A stretch of DNA of 64,000 bases from assembly GCA_947168315.1 (NCBI GenBank), contig CAMVLL010000002.1, positions 2,418-66,417 of the forward strand. Reading direction: 5' to 3'. Origin of the DNA: an uncultured Bacteroidota bacterium (GTDB lineage: Bacteria > Bacteroidota > Bacteroidia > Bacteroidales > Bacteroidaceae). A program made the position numbers and the translations under genes. Below the pieces are notes generated by a model that did not search any database, was not told the origin of the DNA, and worked only from the letters and a program-made list of their open reading frames with translations. Within the stretch, counting starts at the first letter, position 1, and every line of letters starts with the position of its first letter. Shown in pieces: positions 44,721 to 54,536 of the stretch.

Positions 44721-46165
44721 AACAGAAATATATTATTTTATTATCGCTCATCATAGCACCATTGATATTCTGTATCTGGTTCTTCTTCCCATATATGTTA
44801 TGGGAGAAAGAAGCAACAAGTTTCTTTGTCTTTACACCCGATTATTTCCATTTGGTAATGGATGGGAAGGGCGGCATACCGGCATTAATAGGGAATTATC
44901 TGTTACAGTTCTATCGTTGGCCGCTTATAGGTGCTCTTTTACAGGCTCTTTTTCCGACAATCGTCTTATTGTCGGTCATGCATATCATACATCGTTTCCC
45001 TATTAGTAAGAAATGGTATTTCTTATCGTTACTTCCTGCATTATGGGTAGCGTGGAATCAATTTCAGGAAGAGTTCCTTACTGATTCGGTTTTGTATGCG
45101 CTTTTATCCATCTTAGCGGCTATTGTTATTGAAATTTGTTACCGATTTATAGGATGGAAATCAGAAGTAAATGAAAAGAAAAAAGTAAGCAAGAAAGAGA
45201 AATTATATTACTTGGTACCATGTTTGTTCTTTGTCGGTTTTGCTTTCTTTGTTCTGCAGAATAAACGTTTAAAGAAACAAGAGCGGAACTATAACATGGA
45301 GTATTTTGCTTATTCTGGTAGATGGAACAAATTGCTGGATCTTATCGGAAATGATGATAAGAATGAGATGAAAGATTTGTGCTATGTTACCTTGGCATTG
45401 AGTGAATCGGACATTTTAGGGGACCGACTTTTCCATTATCCGGTTAATTCGGAAGAGTATTTCCTGTTTATGGGTGATGCCTCGTTGCACGGAACTTTCT
45501 TTAATCAATTGTTCTATGAACATATCGGGGTATATAACCAAGCCATACATCAAGCCTTTCAGGAGGCAACCAAGTCGAAATATGGAATGAGTTTTCGGGT
45601 TCTTATGAATTTGATTCGCTTCAATATAGCCTTGGGCAATGAAAAGATGGCAAATAAATACATGGATATCTTGTCGCATGCATCTTGCTATGGCGATTGG
45701 ATCGAATACCAGCGGAAAGAATTGGAAGTATCGTTGAAGAAGGAGCGGAAAATGGACGATGAAACCGTCTATATGACGAATGCTACGTTGAGTAATTTGT
45801 ACAATATCGTTCAAGCGGGTAATATCAATATCCCATTGAACCATTATTATCTCTGTACATTGTTGATTAGAAAGAACTTGTTGGCTTTTACCAATCATTT
45901 GAGAGATAATTCTTATGTTTTGAAGAATGCCATACCTCAACATTATATGGAAGCATTGATTTTGGCAGACGCTTTAGGATTTAAAATAAAGGGATTGGAT
46001 TTCCCAGATCTGCTTGTCCGTCAGTTCAATGAGTTCCAGTCGTTGATAGGAAAGAAAGATATGGCAATGATTCAAGCGAAGTATAAAAATACATATTGGT
46101 ATAATTATTATTTTATGACTTTCCCGGACGATCCGTATCAGCCGTCTAATATGGTAAGTCACTAA
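44717..46165 (+). CDS. Membrane protein, DUF6057-like
   Basis: Five to six N-terminal TM then a helical periplasmic region (GDRLFHYP, NTYWYNYYF); 4-bp overlap with the TolB-like gene. Confidence 0.7.
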   Translation: MKQKYIILLSLIIAPLIFCIWFFFPYMLWEKEATSFFVFTPDYFHLVMDGKGGIPALIGNYLLQFYRWPLIGALLQALFPTIVLLSVMHIIHRFPISKKWYFLSLLPALWVAWNQFQEEFLTDSVLYALLSILAAIVIEICYRFIGWKSEVNEKKKVSKKEKLYYLVPCLFFVGFAFFVLQNKRLKKQERNYNMEYFAYSGRWNKLLDLIGNDDKNEMKDLCYVTLALSESDILGDRLFHYPVNSEEYFLFMGDASLHGTFFNQLFYEHIGVYNQAIHQAFQEATKSKYGMSFRVLMNLIRFNIALGNEKMANKYMDILSHASCYGDWIEYQRKELEVSLKKERKMDDETVYMTNATLSNLYNIVQAGNINIPLNHYYLCTLLIRKNLLAFTNHLRDNSYVLKNAIPQHYMEALILADALGFKIKGLDFPDLLVRQFNEFQSLIGKKDMAMIQAKYKNTYWYNYYFMTFPDDPYQPSNMVSH

Positions 46166-46261
46166 AAAAAGTATCGTTTTCCCTTTTATTTTTTCGTGAG
46201 AATAGATATCTTTGGGTAATGAACATATAAGTTTTAATTTTTAATTAATAAATGATTAATT

Positions 46262-49200
46262 ATGCAACTAAAGTCTAAATTAGTTCCCCTCATGTTTCTT
46301 TTTGCTGCCTTCCCTTTGATGGCGCAACAGGTTAATATGGGAATTGTTAAGGAAAAGATTCCAACCTATAAGATTGGAAATCCTGAGGTTGATCCTATTT
46401 TCTTTACGGGGCGCGTTTATCAAGGTGCAGAGGGATACATTTATCCGTATCCATTGTATGACGTGTTGACTGAAGAAAAGGTGGATAAAGAGTATGAGAT
46501 CTTGCGGTTAGATAACCAATATGTGAATATTGGTGTTCTTCCTGAAATCGGAGGTCGTATCCTTCAAGCAACAGATCTTACCAACAATTATCACTTCTTC
46601 TATACTCAGACAGGTATTAAACCTGCTTTGATTGGTATGTTGGGCGCATGGCTTTCTGGTGGTGTTGAATGGAACATTCCTGACCATCACCGTGCAAGTA
46701 GTTACATGCCTGTCGACTACAAACTGGAAGAAAACAAGGATGGTAGTAAAACTGCTTGGGTAGGTGAAACAGAACTACGCCACCGTTTGAAATGGTCGGT
46801 TGGTATCACTGTTCATCCAAACCGTTCTTGGGTAGAAGCAAGAGTTAAAGTCGTAAACCCGACTCCAATGATTCAGTCTATGCTTTATTGGGCAAACGTA
46901 TCTGTACACTGTAACGAAGAATATCAAGTTATATTCCCACCCGATGTACAAGCAGGTACCGACCACTCAAAAGTTTATTTCACTCCTTGGAAGGAAGGAC
47001 CGATTACCAGTCGTTCCAATCAGAATGTTGACCTTTCTTGGTGGAAGAACTTCACTGAATCAGGTCGTTCTATCTTTGCATGGGACAGTAAGATGAGTTT
47101 CTTGGCAGGATATGATTTTGGTAAGGATGCTGGTACGGTTCACGTAGCTAATCGTCATCAAGTTCCTGGTAAGAAGTTCTTCTTGTGGGGTAATACTCCG
47201 AGTGGACACATGTGGAATAAGATTTTGTCGGATAACGACGGACATTATCTGGAGTTGATGGTTGGTGCTTACTCAGACAACCAGCCTGACTACAGTTGGA
47301 TAAACCCGGGTGAAATCCGTGAGTTCTCTCAAATCTGGTTCCCTGTGAAAGGTATCAAGGGCGTGAAGAACGCTACTGTTGAAGGTGCTGTTAACTTCGA
47401 GCCGGCTGAAAACGGACAATATCTGGTAGGTTACAATGCTACTACTGCTTATAAGAATGCACGCGTTATCGTGAAGTACAAAGATCAGATCTTGATGGAC
47501 AAGCGTATTGACATCGATCCTGAAAAGTATTTTTTGGATAAGGTGGCTGTTCCTGCAGGAGCTGATGCATGGGATCTTTATACCGCTTTGTGTGATGCTA
47601 ACGGCGAAGTATTGGTAGACTATACTCCGGTGAAATTGGAGAAGAAGGATCTGCCGAAGGTTATCGATGGTACAAAGCCTGTTAAAGATTACGAGACTGT
47701 AGAAGAATTGTACTTGGCAGGTTTACGTGTTGACCAGTTTAACAATGCTCGTCTGTCGTATATGGACTTCTATAATGAAGCTCTTCGTCGTGATCCGAAC
47801 GATGCACGCGTAAACATTGAGGTTGGTAAGCATTTCATCCGTCAGGGAGAATGGGAGAAAGCTGAGGAACACTTGCTTCGCGCTCAAGGTCGTTTGGCTC
47901 ATGATTACACTCGCGTGATGAATACAGAGGGTAACTACTATCTGGGTTATCTGTATCGCTTGATGGGTAAGAAGATTGAATCAGAAGAAAATCTGTGGGC
48001 TGCTACTTATACTCCTGCTTTCAAACACCCTGCATACTATCAGTTGGCAGTGGCTGCACTGAATAATAAGGATTGCACTGAGGCTCTGAAACTGGTTAAC
48101 GAATCATTGCTCGTTGGTGCACACGACTTACAAGCTTTGACACTGAAAGCTTATATCCTTCGTCAGTTGGGTAAGAAAGCTGAGGCTAAGGAAACTATTC
48201 AATTGATCAAATCTATCGATCCATTGGATTACATGAGTGAGTTCGAGACTTCGTTCTTGGATAAGGGTGATGCTTCATTCTTGTCGGGTACACGTAAGAA
48301 CCGTAGTGAAGGTATCATCGCTGTACAAGAATTACTCGAAGTGGTATCTAACTACTTGACATTCGGCGACAAGAAATCGGCTCGCACCGTATTGGATACT
48401 GCTCTTGCTATTGGTACTCCTTTTGCTGATTATCCATTGGTACAGCTTTATCGTGCTTATACCTTCTTGCCTGAGAATCAGGCTGAGGCAGTTGCTGCAA
48501 TTCAAAAGGCTGGCACATTGTCAAAGAACAATAACTTCCCATTGCGTACGGAAGAACTTGCAATGTTTGAGGAACTTTTGAAAGCGCAACCAGAGGATGC
48601 AAACTTGCATTATTTCTATGGTAACCTATTGTATTATCTTGGTCAGAAAGAAAAAGGCTTGGCTGAGTGGCATAAGGCTGTCGACATGGATCCAAACAAC
48701 GCGTTTGCTTGTCGTAACGTAGGTTTCGGTGAAGGTCAGATTGGTAATTATGATGCTTCTATGAAGTATTATGATATGGCAATCAAGGCTAATCCGAACG
48801 ATGCTTTGCTGATGACTGAATCAGATAAGATTTTCGAAAAGGCTGGTGCTCCAATTGAAACTCGTCTGAAGAGAATGGAAAAGAATCTGAAGACAGTGAT
48901 GAAGCATGATGATGCTGTGATGCGTCTGCTCTCTATTTACAATGAAACAGGTAAATATGATCAGGCTGCAAAGATTATGGAAAATCGTCACTTCCACTTG
49001 TGGGAAGGTGGTGGAGAAATCCATACTATCTATGTTAACTCACACATGCTCAATGGTATGACAATGCTGAAGAAGAAGAATTATCAAAAGGCAATCAACG
49101 AGTTGGATTTGGCTATGCAATATCCAACGAACTTGGAAGTTGCTCCTTCTGCAAATGGTGGTTATGGCGCAAAGGCTTATTACCTCCAAGGTATTGCTTA

Positions 49201-49576
49201 CGAAGGCATGGGTAAGGCTGATTTGGCTAAGGAAGCATTCGAAAAATCTGCTAACTCACGAGTAAGAGGAACCACTGACTTATCATATTATCAAGTGAAG
49301 GCTATGCGTAAGTTAGGTAAGACTGCTGAAGCTGAGGCTGCTTTGAAACAGATGGTTACTGCACGCGACAATATGCAGAAGAATCTGGTTGATAACTATG
49401 CTAAGTTTGGTGAATCCAATAGAAATGTTCAAGAAAGTAACATGAATTATTTCAGTGGCTTGGTTGAAGATTTGTTGGGTAATGAGGCTGCTGCTAAGCA
49501 AGCGTTTAACAAAGCTGCTACTTTGAACCCTGGAAATATCTGGGCTAAGTGGATGAATAAGGAAAAAGCTTTCTAA
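46262..49576 (+). CDS. DUF5107 domain plus TPR repeat protein, secreted
   Basis: Signal peptide, YPYP, LPEIGGRI, IKPALIG..GAWLSGGVEWN, GKKFFLWG, many TPRs; -7 element at 46207. Confidence 0.85.
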   Translation: MQLKSKLVPLMFLFAAFPLMAQQVNMGIVKEKIPTYKIGNPEVDPIFFTGRVYQGAEGYIYPYPLYDVLTEEKVDKEYEILRLDNQYVNIGVLPEIGGRILQATDLTNNYHFFYTQTGIKPALIGMLGAWLSGGVEWNIPDHHRASSYMPVDYKLEENKDGSKTAWVGETELRHRLKWSVGITVHPNRSWVEARVKVVNPTPMIQSMLYWANVSVHCNEEYQVIFPPDVQAGTDHSKVYFTPWKEGPITSRSNQNVDLSWWKNFTESGRSIFAWDSKMSFLAGYDFGKDAGTVHVANRHQVPGKKFFLWGNTPSGHMWNKILSDNDGHYLELMVGAYSDNQPDYSWINPGEIREFSQIWFPVKGIKGVKNATVEGAVNFEPAENGQYLVGYNATTAYKNARVIVKYKDQILMDKRIDIDPEKYFLDKVAVPAGADAWDLYTALCDANGEVLVDYTPVKLEKKDLPKVIDGTKPVKDYETVEELYLAGLRVDQFNNARLSYMDFYNEALRRDPNDARVNIEVGKHFIRQGEWEKAEEHLLRAQGRLAHDYTRVMNTEGNYYLGYLYRLMGKKIESEENLWAATYTPAFKHPAYYQLAVAALNNKDCTEALKLVNESLLVGAHDLQALTLKAYILRQLGKKAEAKETIQLIKSIDPLDYMSEFETSFLDKGDASFLSGTRKNRSEGIIAVQELLEVVSNYLTFGDKKSARTVLDTALAIGTPFADYPLVQLYRAYTFLPENQAEAVAAIQKAGTLSKNNNFPLRTEELAMFEELLKAQPEDANLHYFYGNLLYYLGQKEKGLAEWHKAVDMDPNNAFACRNVGFGEGQIGNYDASMKYYDMAIKANPNDALLMTESDKIFEKAGAPIETRLKRMEKNLKTVMKHDDAVMRLLSIYNETGKYDQAAKIMENRHFHLWEGGGEIHTIYVNSHMLNGMTMLKKKNYQKAINELDLAMQYPTNLEVAPSANGGYGAKAYYLQGIAYEGMGKADLAKEAFEKSANSRVRGTTDLSYYQVKAMRKLGKTAEAEAALKQMVTARDNMQKNLVDNYAKFGESNRNVQESNMNYFSGLVEDLLGNEAAAKQAFNKAATLNPGNIWAKWMNKEKAF

Positions 49577-49598
49577 AATAGAAATCTTTATAGATAAG

Positions 49599-49632
49599 AA
49601 AAGGTTGTTCTCATATGGGAACAACCTTTTTT
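49599..49632 (+). terminator. Terminator after the DUF5107 gene
   Basis: AAAAGGTTGTTCTC-ATAT-GGGAACAACCTTTTTT. Confidence 0.88.
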
Positions 49633-49700
49633 GCTAAAGGTCGGAACTATTTGTTTTTGATTATATCTCTTGTTTTGTAAAATCATTATCTTCATCTACT

Positions 49701-49725
49701 GTAAGGGCCTACCTTGTGTAGACCC
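49701..49725. repeat. Degenerate REP-like hairpin (copy 2)
   Basis: GTAA-GGGCCTAC-CTTGT-GTAGACCC. Confidence 0.55.
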
Positions 49726-49746
49726 GTGAAATTTGAATAATTTCTT

Positions 49747-49851
49747 TCTATTATTGTATTTTTCTTTTCAAAATTCGAGTTTTTGAACGTAATTATCGAG
49801 CTTTTGAACTCAAATATCAAGTTTTTGAAGTCAAATGTCGAGTTTTTGAAA
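49747..49851. repeat. Degenerate 21-bp tandem array, 4-5 units (copy 2)
   Basis: Units at 49768, 49789, 49810, 49831 (approx. TCAAANNTCGAGTTTTTGAAN) plus a decayed unit at 49747; ends GAGTTTTTGAAAGGG like copy 1. Confidence 0.85.
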
Positions 49852-50017
49852 GGGGTATTCTCATTGTCGTGTTTTTCCTTTTTATCATTGTATTTTGTGG
49901 TACGATGGCACTTTTTATTTTCTTTTAATATTTTCCAACAGTATATTGTACATTCGTGTATTGTTCGTGTGAACGTTTTACATTATATTTGCAGCGGTGA
50001 TTTATAATTTGAAGAAG

Positions 50018-50620
50018 ATGAGAAAAGTATTATTTGCTTTATTTGCCTTGTTGGCTGTATCTGTTGCAGCACAAGACAATGTGTATCAGTTTAGAGTGAA
50101 AGATGCCCAAGGAAAGGATGTTTCCCTTTCTGAATATAAGGGTAGTGTGCTGTTGATCGTGAATACTGCTACAAAATGTGGCTTTACTCCTCAATATAAG
50201 GACTTGGAAGGTTTGTATTCAAAATACAAATTGAGAGGATTTGTTGTACTGGATTTCCCTTGCAATCAGTTTGGTGAGCAAGCTCCGGGTACAATCTCTG
50301 AGATTCATGAGTTCTGTACCGCGAACTACGATATTCAATTTCCTCAGTTCGATAAGGTAGATGTGAACGGCAAGAATGAAATTCCATTGTTCACATATCT
50401 AAAGGCACAAAAGGGCTTTGCTGGCTTCGACTTGGATGATCCTATTGGCAAATTCTTGGATGCAAGCATGTCGAAGAGGAATCCTAATTATAAGGATAGT
50501 CCGGATATCAAGTGGAATTTCACAAAATTCCTCATTGATAAGAACGGAAATGTCATCAAACGTTTTGAGCCTACGGCAAAGATGAGTGACGTTGAGGCTG
50601 AACTCTTAAAACTTTTGTAA
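50018..50620 (+). CDS. Glutathione peroxidase family protein (Cys type) with signal peptide
   Basis: VNTATKCGFTPQY, FPCNQFGEQ, KWNFTKFLID; -7 element TATATTTG at 49984. Confidence 0.93.
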   Translation: MRKVLFALFALLAVSVAAQDNVYQFRVKDAQGKDVSLSEYKGSVLLIVNTATKCGFTPQYKDLEGLYSKYKLRGFVVLDFPCNQFGEQAPGTISEIHEFCTANYDIQFPQFDKVDVNGKNEIPLFTYLKAQKGFAGFDLDDPIGKFLDASMSKRNPNYKDSPDIKWNFTKFLIDKNGNVIKRFEPTAKMSDVEAELLKLL

Positions 50621-50623
50621 TAA

Positions 50624-51415
50624 ATGGGTATAGGGAAGTGGATTGGAGGTTTCCTTGGTTGGATGGTAGGTGGTCCGATAGGAGCACTTGCCGGCTATTT
50701 TATTGGTTCTCTCTTTGATGGTAGCAGTTTCTCCATTGAATCGGATGGAGGAGGCTATCAACCGGGTGGTTATACCCAAGAGCAGACTTACCAAGGACAA
50801 CGAAACAGTTTCCTTTTCTCTATGATGGTGCTGGCATCCTATATCATCAAAGCCGATGGTAAAGTGATGCATAGCGAAATGGAGTATGTTCGTAACTTCT
50901 TGCGTGTGAATTTTGGCGAATCGGCTGTTACTCAAGGTGAGCAGATTTTGTTGAAGATGTTTCAACAGCAGAAGCAAATGAACGAACGCAACCCGTATGC
51001 TTTTAAAACTACGATTCAGGAATGTTGCGGACAGATTGTCGCGAACATGGATTATAGTCAGCGACTGCAGTTGTTGGATTTCCTCGTAAGAATCGCCCAG
51101 AGCGATGGACGTTTTATCACTGAGGAGATTAACGCTTTGAAGGAGGTCGCTTCGTTTATGCGAATCTCGTCATCGGATGTTGACTCTTTGCTGAACCTCA
51201 AGAGTAATTCATTAGAAGATGCATACAAAGTCCTGGGTATTTCTCCTGATGCTACCGATGATGAAGTGCGAAAAGCATACCGAAGTATGGCGCTGAAGCA
51301 TCATCCTGATAAAGTTGCTACGTTGGGAGAAGATGTGCGAAAGGCAGCGGAAAAGAAGTTCCAACAAATTAATGATGCAAAAGAACGAATCTTTAAGGCA
51401 AGGGGAATGAAATAA
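50624..51415 (+). CDS. djlA: DjlA-like co-chaperone (TM, TerB-like, J domain)
   Basis: Gly-rich N-terminal TM, KADG, C-terminal J domain with HPD. Confidence 0.85.
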   Translation: MGIGKWIGGFLGWMVGGPIGALAGYFIGSLFDGSSFSIESDGGGYQPGGYTQEQTYQGQRNSFLFSMMVLASYIIKADGKVMHSEMEYVRNFLRVNFGESAVTQGEQILLKMFQQQKQMNERNPYAFKTTIQECCGQIVANMDYSQRLQLLDFLVRIAQSDGRFITEEINALKEVASFMRISSSDVDSLLNLKSNSLEDAYKVLGISPDATDDEVRKAYRSMALKHHPDKVATLGEDVRKAAEKKFQQINDAKERIFKARGMK

Positions 51416-51428
51416 TTCCCCTTTTTTA
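51400..51428 (+). terminator. Terminator overlapping the djlA stop codon
   Basis: AAGGGGAAT...ATTCCCCTTTTTTT. Confidence 0.7.
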
Positions 51429-51479
51429 TTGTATTTCCCTTATTCGTATATTAGAAACAGAATGTCTGAGGATAAGTCA

Positions 51480-51953
51480 CTATTCGTGGTGATAAGGTTC
51501 TCCTTTCAGAATGGTCATTGCACGATACAATTGCTCGACAAAGATAAGACGGATAAGTTGATGTGAGAAGGTCATTTTCGAAAGTGAGATTTTCCCTTGA
51601 GCGATATCATATATCCTTGAGGAGAATCCGTAAGGGCCACCTATGATAAAGACTAATCGTTTATTGACTGATTGCATTTTCTGACTAATCCATGAAGCAA
51701 ACTCGATGGAACGGAATTCTTTTCCGTGCTCATCTAAAAGAATGGGAACATCACCAGGCTGCAGCACTTTTAATATCAAATCGGCTTCCTTCTCTTTCTG
51801 CTGTTCTTCGGACAGATGTTTGGTGTTCTTGAGTTCAGGAATGACCTCTACATCGAAAGGAATATAATGTTTGATACGTTCCACATAATCCTGTATTCCC
51901 GTTATGTAATGTTTCTCGATGGTTTTGCCCACCATCAGTAGGATAAACTTCAT
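51480..51953 (-). CDS. rlmH: 23S rRNA pseudouridine-1915 N3-methyltransferase
   Basis: FIIGGPYG, SLSKMTFSHQ, EQLYRA, PYHHE. Confidence 0.96.
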   Translation of the reverse strand: MKFILLMVGKTIEKHYITGIQDYVERIKHYIPFDVEVIPELKNTKHLSEEQQKEKEADLILKVLQPGDVPILLDEHGKEFRSIEFASWISQKMQSVNKRLVFIIGGPYGFSSRIYDIAQGKISLSKMTFSHQLIRLIFVEQLYRAMTILKGEPYHHE

Positions 51954-51964
51954 AGACGATCAAT

Positions 51965-52008
51965 AAAAAAGAACATAAGGAAGGATCAATCCAACTCCTT
52001 ATGTTCTT
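51965..52008 (-). terminator. Terminator after recA
   Basis: AAGAACATAAGGA...TCCTTATGTTCTT with a T run on the minus strand. Confidence 0.8.
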
Positions 52009-52026
52009 ATCGTTAGTTATTAGTAG

Positions 52027-53055
52027 TTATTCTTTATCTTTCAAGGCTTCAAATACCAATCCTTCCAACTCTTCTGCAAGTTCTGGATTGTCTTCGATAA
52101 CCTTCTTGGCAGCATCGCGTCCTTGTGCCAGACGTGTATCATTGTAGCTGAACCATGATCCGCTCTTCTTTATGATACCCAATTCAACACCTAAGTCGAT
52201 AATCTCTCCCGATTTGGAGATACCTTCACCGAACATGATATCGAACTCTGCCTTACGGAAAGGAGGAGCGACCTTGTTCTTGACAATCTTTACTCGTACC
52301 TGATTACCGATTACCTCATCACCATCCTTGATTTTTCCGATGCTGCGTATATCCAGACGGACAGAAGCATAGAATTTCAAGGCGTTACCACCAGTCGTTG
52401 TCTCAGGATTTCCAAACATGATACCGATCTTCTCTCGAAGCTGGTTGATAAAAATACACGTAGTGTTTGTTTTGCTGATAGCAGAAGTCATCTTTCGAAG
52501 TGCTTGTGACATCAGTCGAGCATGCAATCCCACTTTATTATCTCCCATATCACCTTCAATCTCTGCTTTCGGAGTCAAAGCAGCCACAGAGTCGATAACG
52601 ATAATGTCGATAGCTGATGAACGAATCAATTGTTCTGCAATTTCCAGTGCTTGCTCACCATTATCAGGCTGGGAGATCCAGAGATTATCTACATCCACAC
52701 CTAATTTCTCAGCATAGAAGCGGTCGAAAGCATGTTCTGCATCAATAAAGGCAGCGATACCGCCACGCTTTTGAGCTTCTGCAATAGCATGGATTGCCAA
52801 TGTTGTCTTACCGGAAGATTCAGGTCCATATATTTCGATGATTCGTCCTTTAGGGAATCCACCAACGCCCAATGCGGCGTTCAAAGAAATCGATCCTGTA
52901 GGGATGACATCAACTTCTTCTACACTGTTATCACCAAGTTTCATAATGGATCCCTTGCCGAAATTCTTTTCGATCTTGTCCATTGCGGCTTGCAACGCTT
53001 TCAGTTTCTCGGAAGTACCGCCTACGTTGTTCTCTAATTCATCTTTTTTTGCCAT
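52027..53055 (-). CDS. recA: Recombinase A
   Basis: [37 protein letters not shown]. Confidence 0.99.
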   Translation of the reverse strand: MAKKDELENNVGGTSEKLKALQAAMDKIEKNFGKGSIMKLGDNSVEEVDVIPTGSISLNAALGVGGFPKGRIIEIYGPESSGKTTLAIHAIAEAQKRGGIAAFIDAEHAFDRFYAEKLGVDVDNLWISQPDNGEQALEIAEQLIRSSAIDIIVIDSVAALTPKAEIEGDMGDNKVGLHARLMSQALRKMTSAISKTNTTCIFINQLREKIGIMFGNPETTTGGNALKFYASVRLDIRSIGKIKDGDEVIGNQVRVKIVKNKVAPPFRKAEFDIMFGEGISKSGEIIDLGVELGIIKKSGSWFSYNDTRLAQGRDAAKKVIEDNPELAEELEGLVFEALKDKE

Positions 53056-53078
53056 AAATGTTTATTGAATAATTTAGT

Positions 53079-54272
53079 TTATAATTCCAAATCGCCATCA
53101 AATACTTCATGCCAAGGAAGACCTTGCTTGTTCAGCTGCTCCATAAATGGATCTGGATCGAAATCCTCGACATTCCATACTCCAGGTTTCTTCCAAATGC
53201 CTTTAAGGAACATCATTGCGCCAATCATTGCTGGTACACCAGTCGTATAGCTGACACCTTGCATGCCTGTTTCCTCGAACGCAGCCTGATGGCTACAATT
53301 ATTATATACATAATAAGTACGTTCTTTACCATCTTTCAAACCACGGATACGACATCCGATGGAGGTTTCTCCTTCGTAATTCTTACCCAGATCTTGCGGA
53401 TTAGGGAGCACTGCCTTCAGGAACTGAAGCGGAACAATCTCCATTCCATTGTAGTTGATAGGAACAATGCTTGCCATACCAATGTTCTGAATAACACGAA
53501 GGTGAGTGAGGTATTCTTGCCCGAATGTCATCCAGAAACGAGCCCGTTTGATGGTTGGATAGTTCTTGACAAGTGATTCCAGTTCCTCATGATGTAACAA
53601 ATAGCTCTCGCGAGGTCCGATATTTGGATAGGTCAGTGGCTTGTGAATCTCCAATGGTTCTGTTTCAATCCATTGCCCATTCTCATAATATTGACCTTTT
53701 TGGGTAATCTCACGGATATTGATTTCTGGATTAAAGTTAGTAGCGAATGCTTTATGATGGTTTCCTGCATTACAATCTACAATATCCAGATATTGAATCT
53801 CATCGAAATGATGTTTTGCTGCATAAGCGGTATAAACGCCACTCACACCTGGGTCAAAACCACATCCCAAAATGGCAGTTAGTCCTGCATCTTCAAAACG
53901 TTTCTTGTATGCCCATTGCCAACTATATTCGAAATGTGCGACATCTTTAGGCTCGTAATTAGCAGTATCCAGATAATTAACACCACACCTCAAGCATGCC
54001 TCCATAATTGTCAAGTCCTGATAAGGAAGTGCAAGGTTCATGACGATTTCTGGCTTGAAGCTGTCCAACAGTTGAACCAACTCTTCCACGTTGTCGGCAT
54101 CAATTTTCGCTGTTTTGATAGCCGGATTACCAATGGCTTTCACTATTGCATCACACTTCGACTTAGTGCGACTTGCAATCATAACGTCTGTGAACACATC
54201 CGGATTCTGAGCCACCTTATGTGCGGCAACGGTTGCTACACCGCCTGCTCCGATAATTAATACTCTACCCAT
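53079..54272 (-). CDS. Saccharopine dehydrogenase family, probably carboxy(nor)spermidine dehydrogenase
   Basis: IGAGGV, ALPYQD, YLDTANYE, GFDPG, ATNFNPEINIRE, HEELESL; -7 element at 54327-54334. Confidence 0.9.
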   Translation of the reverse strand: MGRVLIIGAGGVATVAAHKVAQNPDVFTDVMIASRTKSKCDAIVKAIGNPAIKTAKIDADNVEELVQLLDSFKPEIVMNLALPYQDLTIMEACLRCGVNYLDTANYEPKDVAHFEYSWQWAYKKRFEDAGLTAILGCGFDPGVSGVYTAYAAKHHFDEIQYLDIVDCNAGNHHKAFATNFNPEINIREITQKGQYYENGQWIETEPLEIHKPLTYPNIGPRESYLLHHEELESLVKNYPTIKRARFWMTFGQEYLTHLRVIQNIGMASIVPINYNGMEIVPLQFLKAVLPNPQDLGKNYEGETSIGCRIRGLKDGKERTYYVYNNCSHQAAFEETGMQGVSYTTGVPAMIGAMMFLKGIWKKPGVWNVEDFDPDPFMEQLNKQGLPWHEVFDGDLEL

Positions 54273-54536
54273 TTCGTATATATAATTTTAAAAATTTTGA
54301 TCAATAACGGTTCAATCCGTTTGGAACAAAGATAAGGAGATATTTTAGTAATATCAAATTTTTTATGTTCAAATCTATAGGAAGTTTGGTTTAGGAATTA
54401 GCGTCTGAAATTTAGGAGTTATTGTCTTAGGTATTATCGTTATTGTTCCCGTAATCGTCATTGTTTTTTCCCTTTTTCATTTGCACAATCGAAAGATTAT
54501 TCCCAATTTTACAGAGTTAGTTTAAATAATACAGAA

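Noticed and set aside
50018-50620. Selenocysteine in the peroxidase
   Set aside because: The active-site codon is TGT (Cys); no in-frame TGA
54376-54470. Weak repeats TTTAGGAATTAGCGTCT / TTTAGGAGTTATTGTCT 21 bp apart and ATCGTYATTGTT twice
   Set aside because: Only two degenerate units in AT-rich DNA and unrelated in sequence to the other arrays
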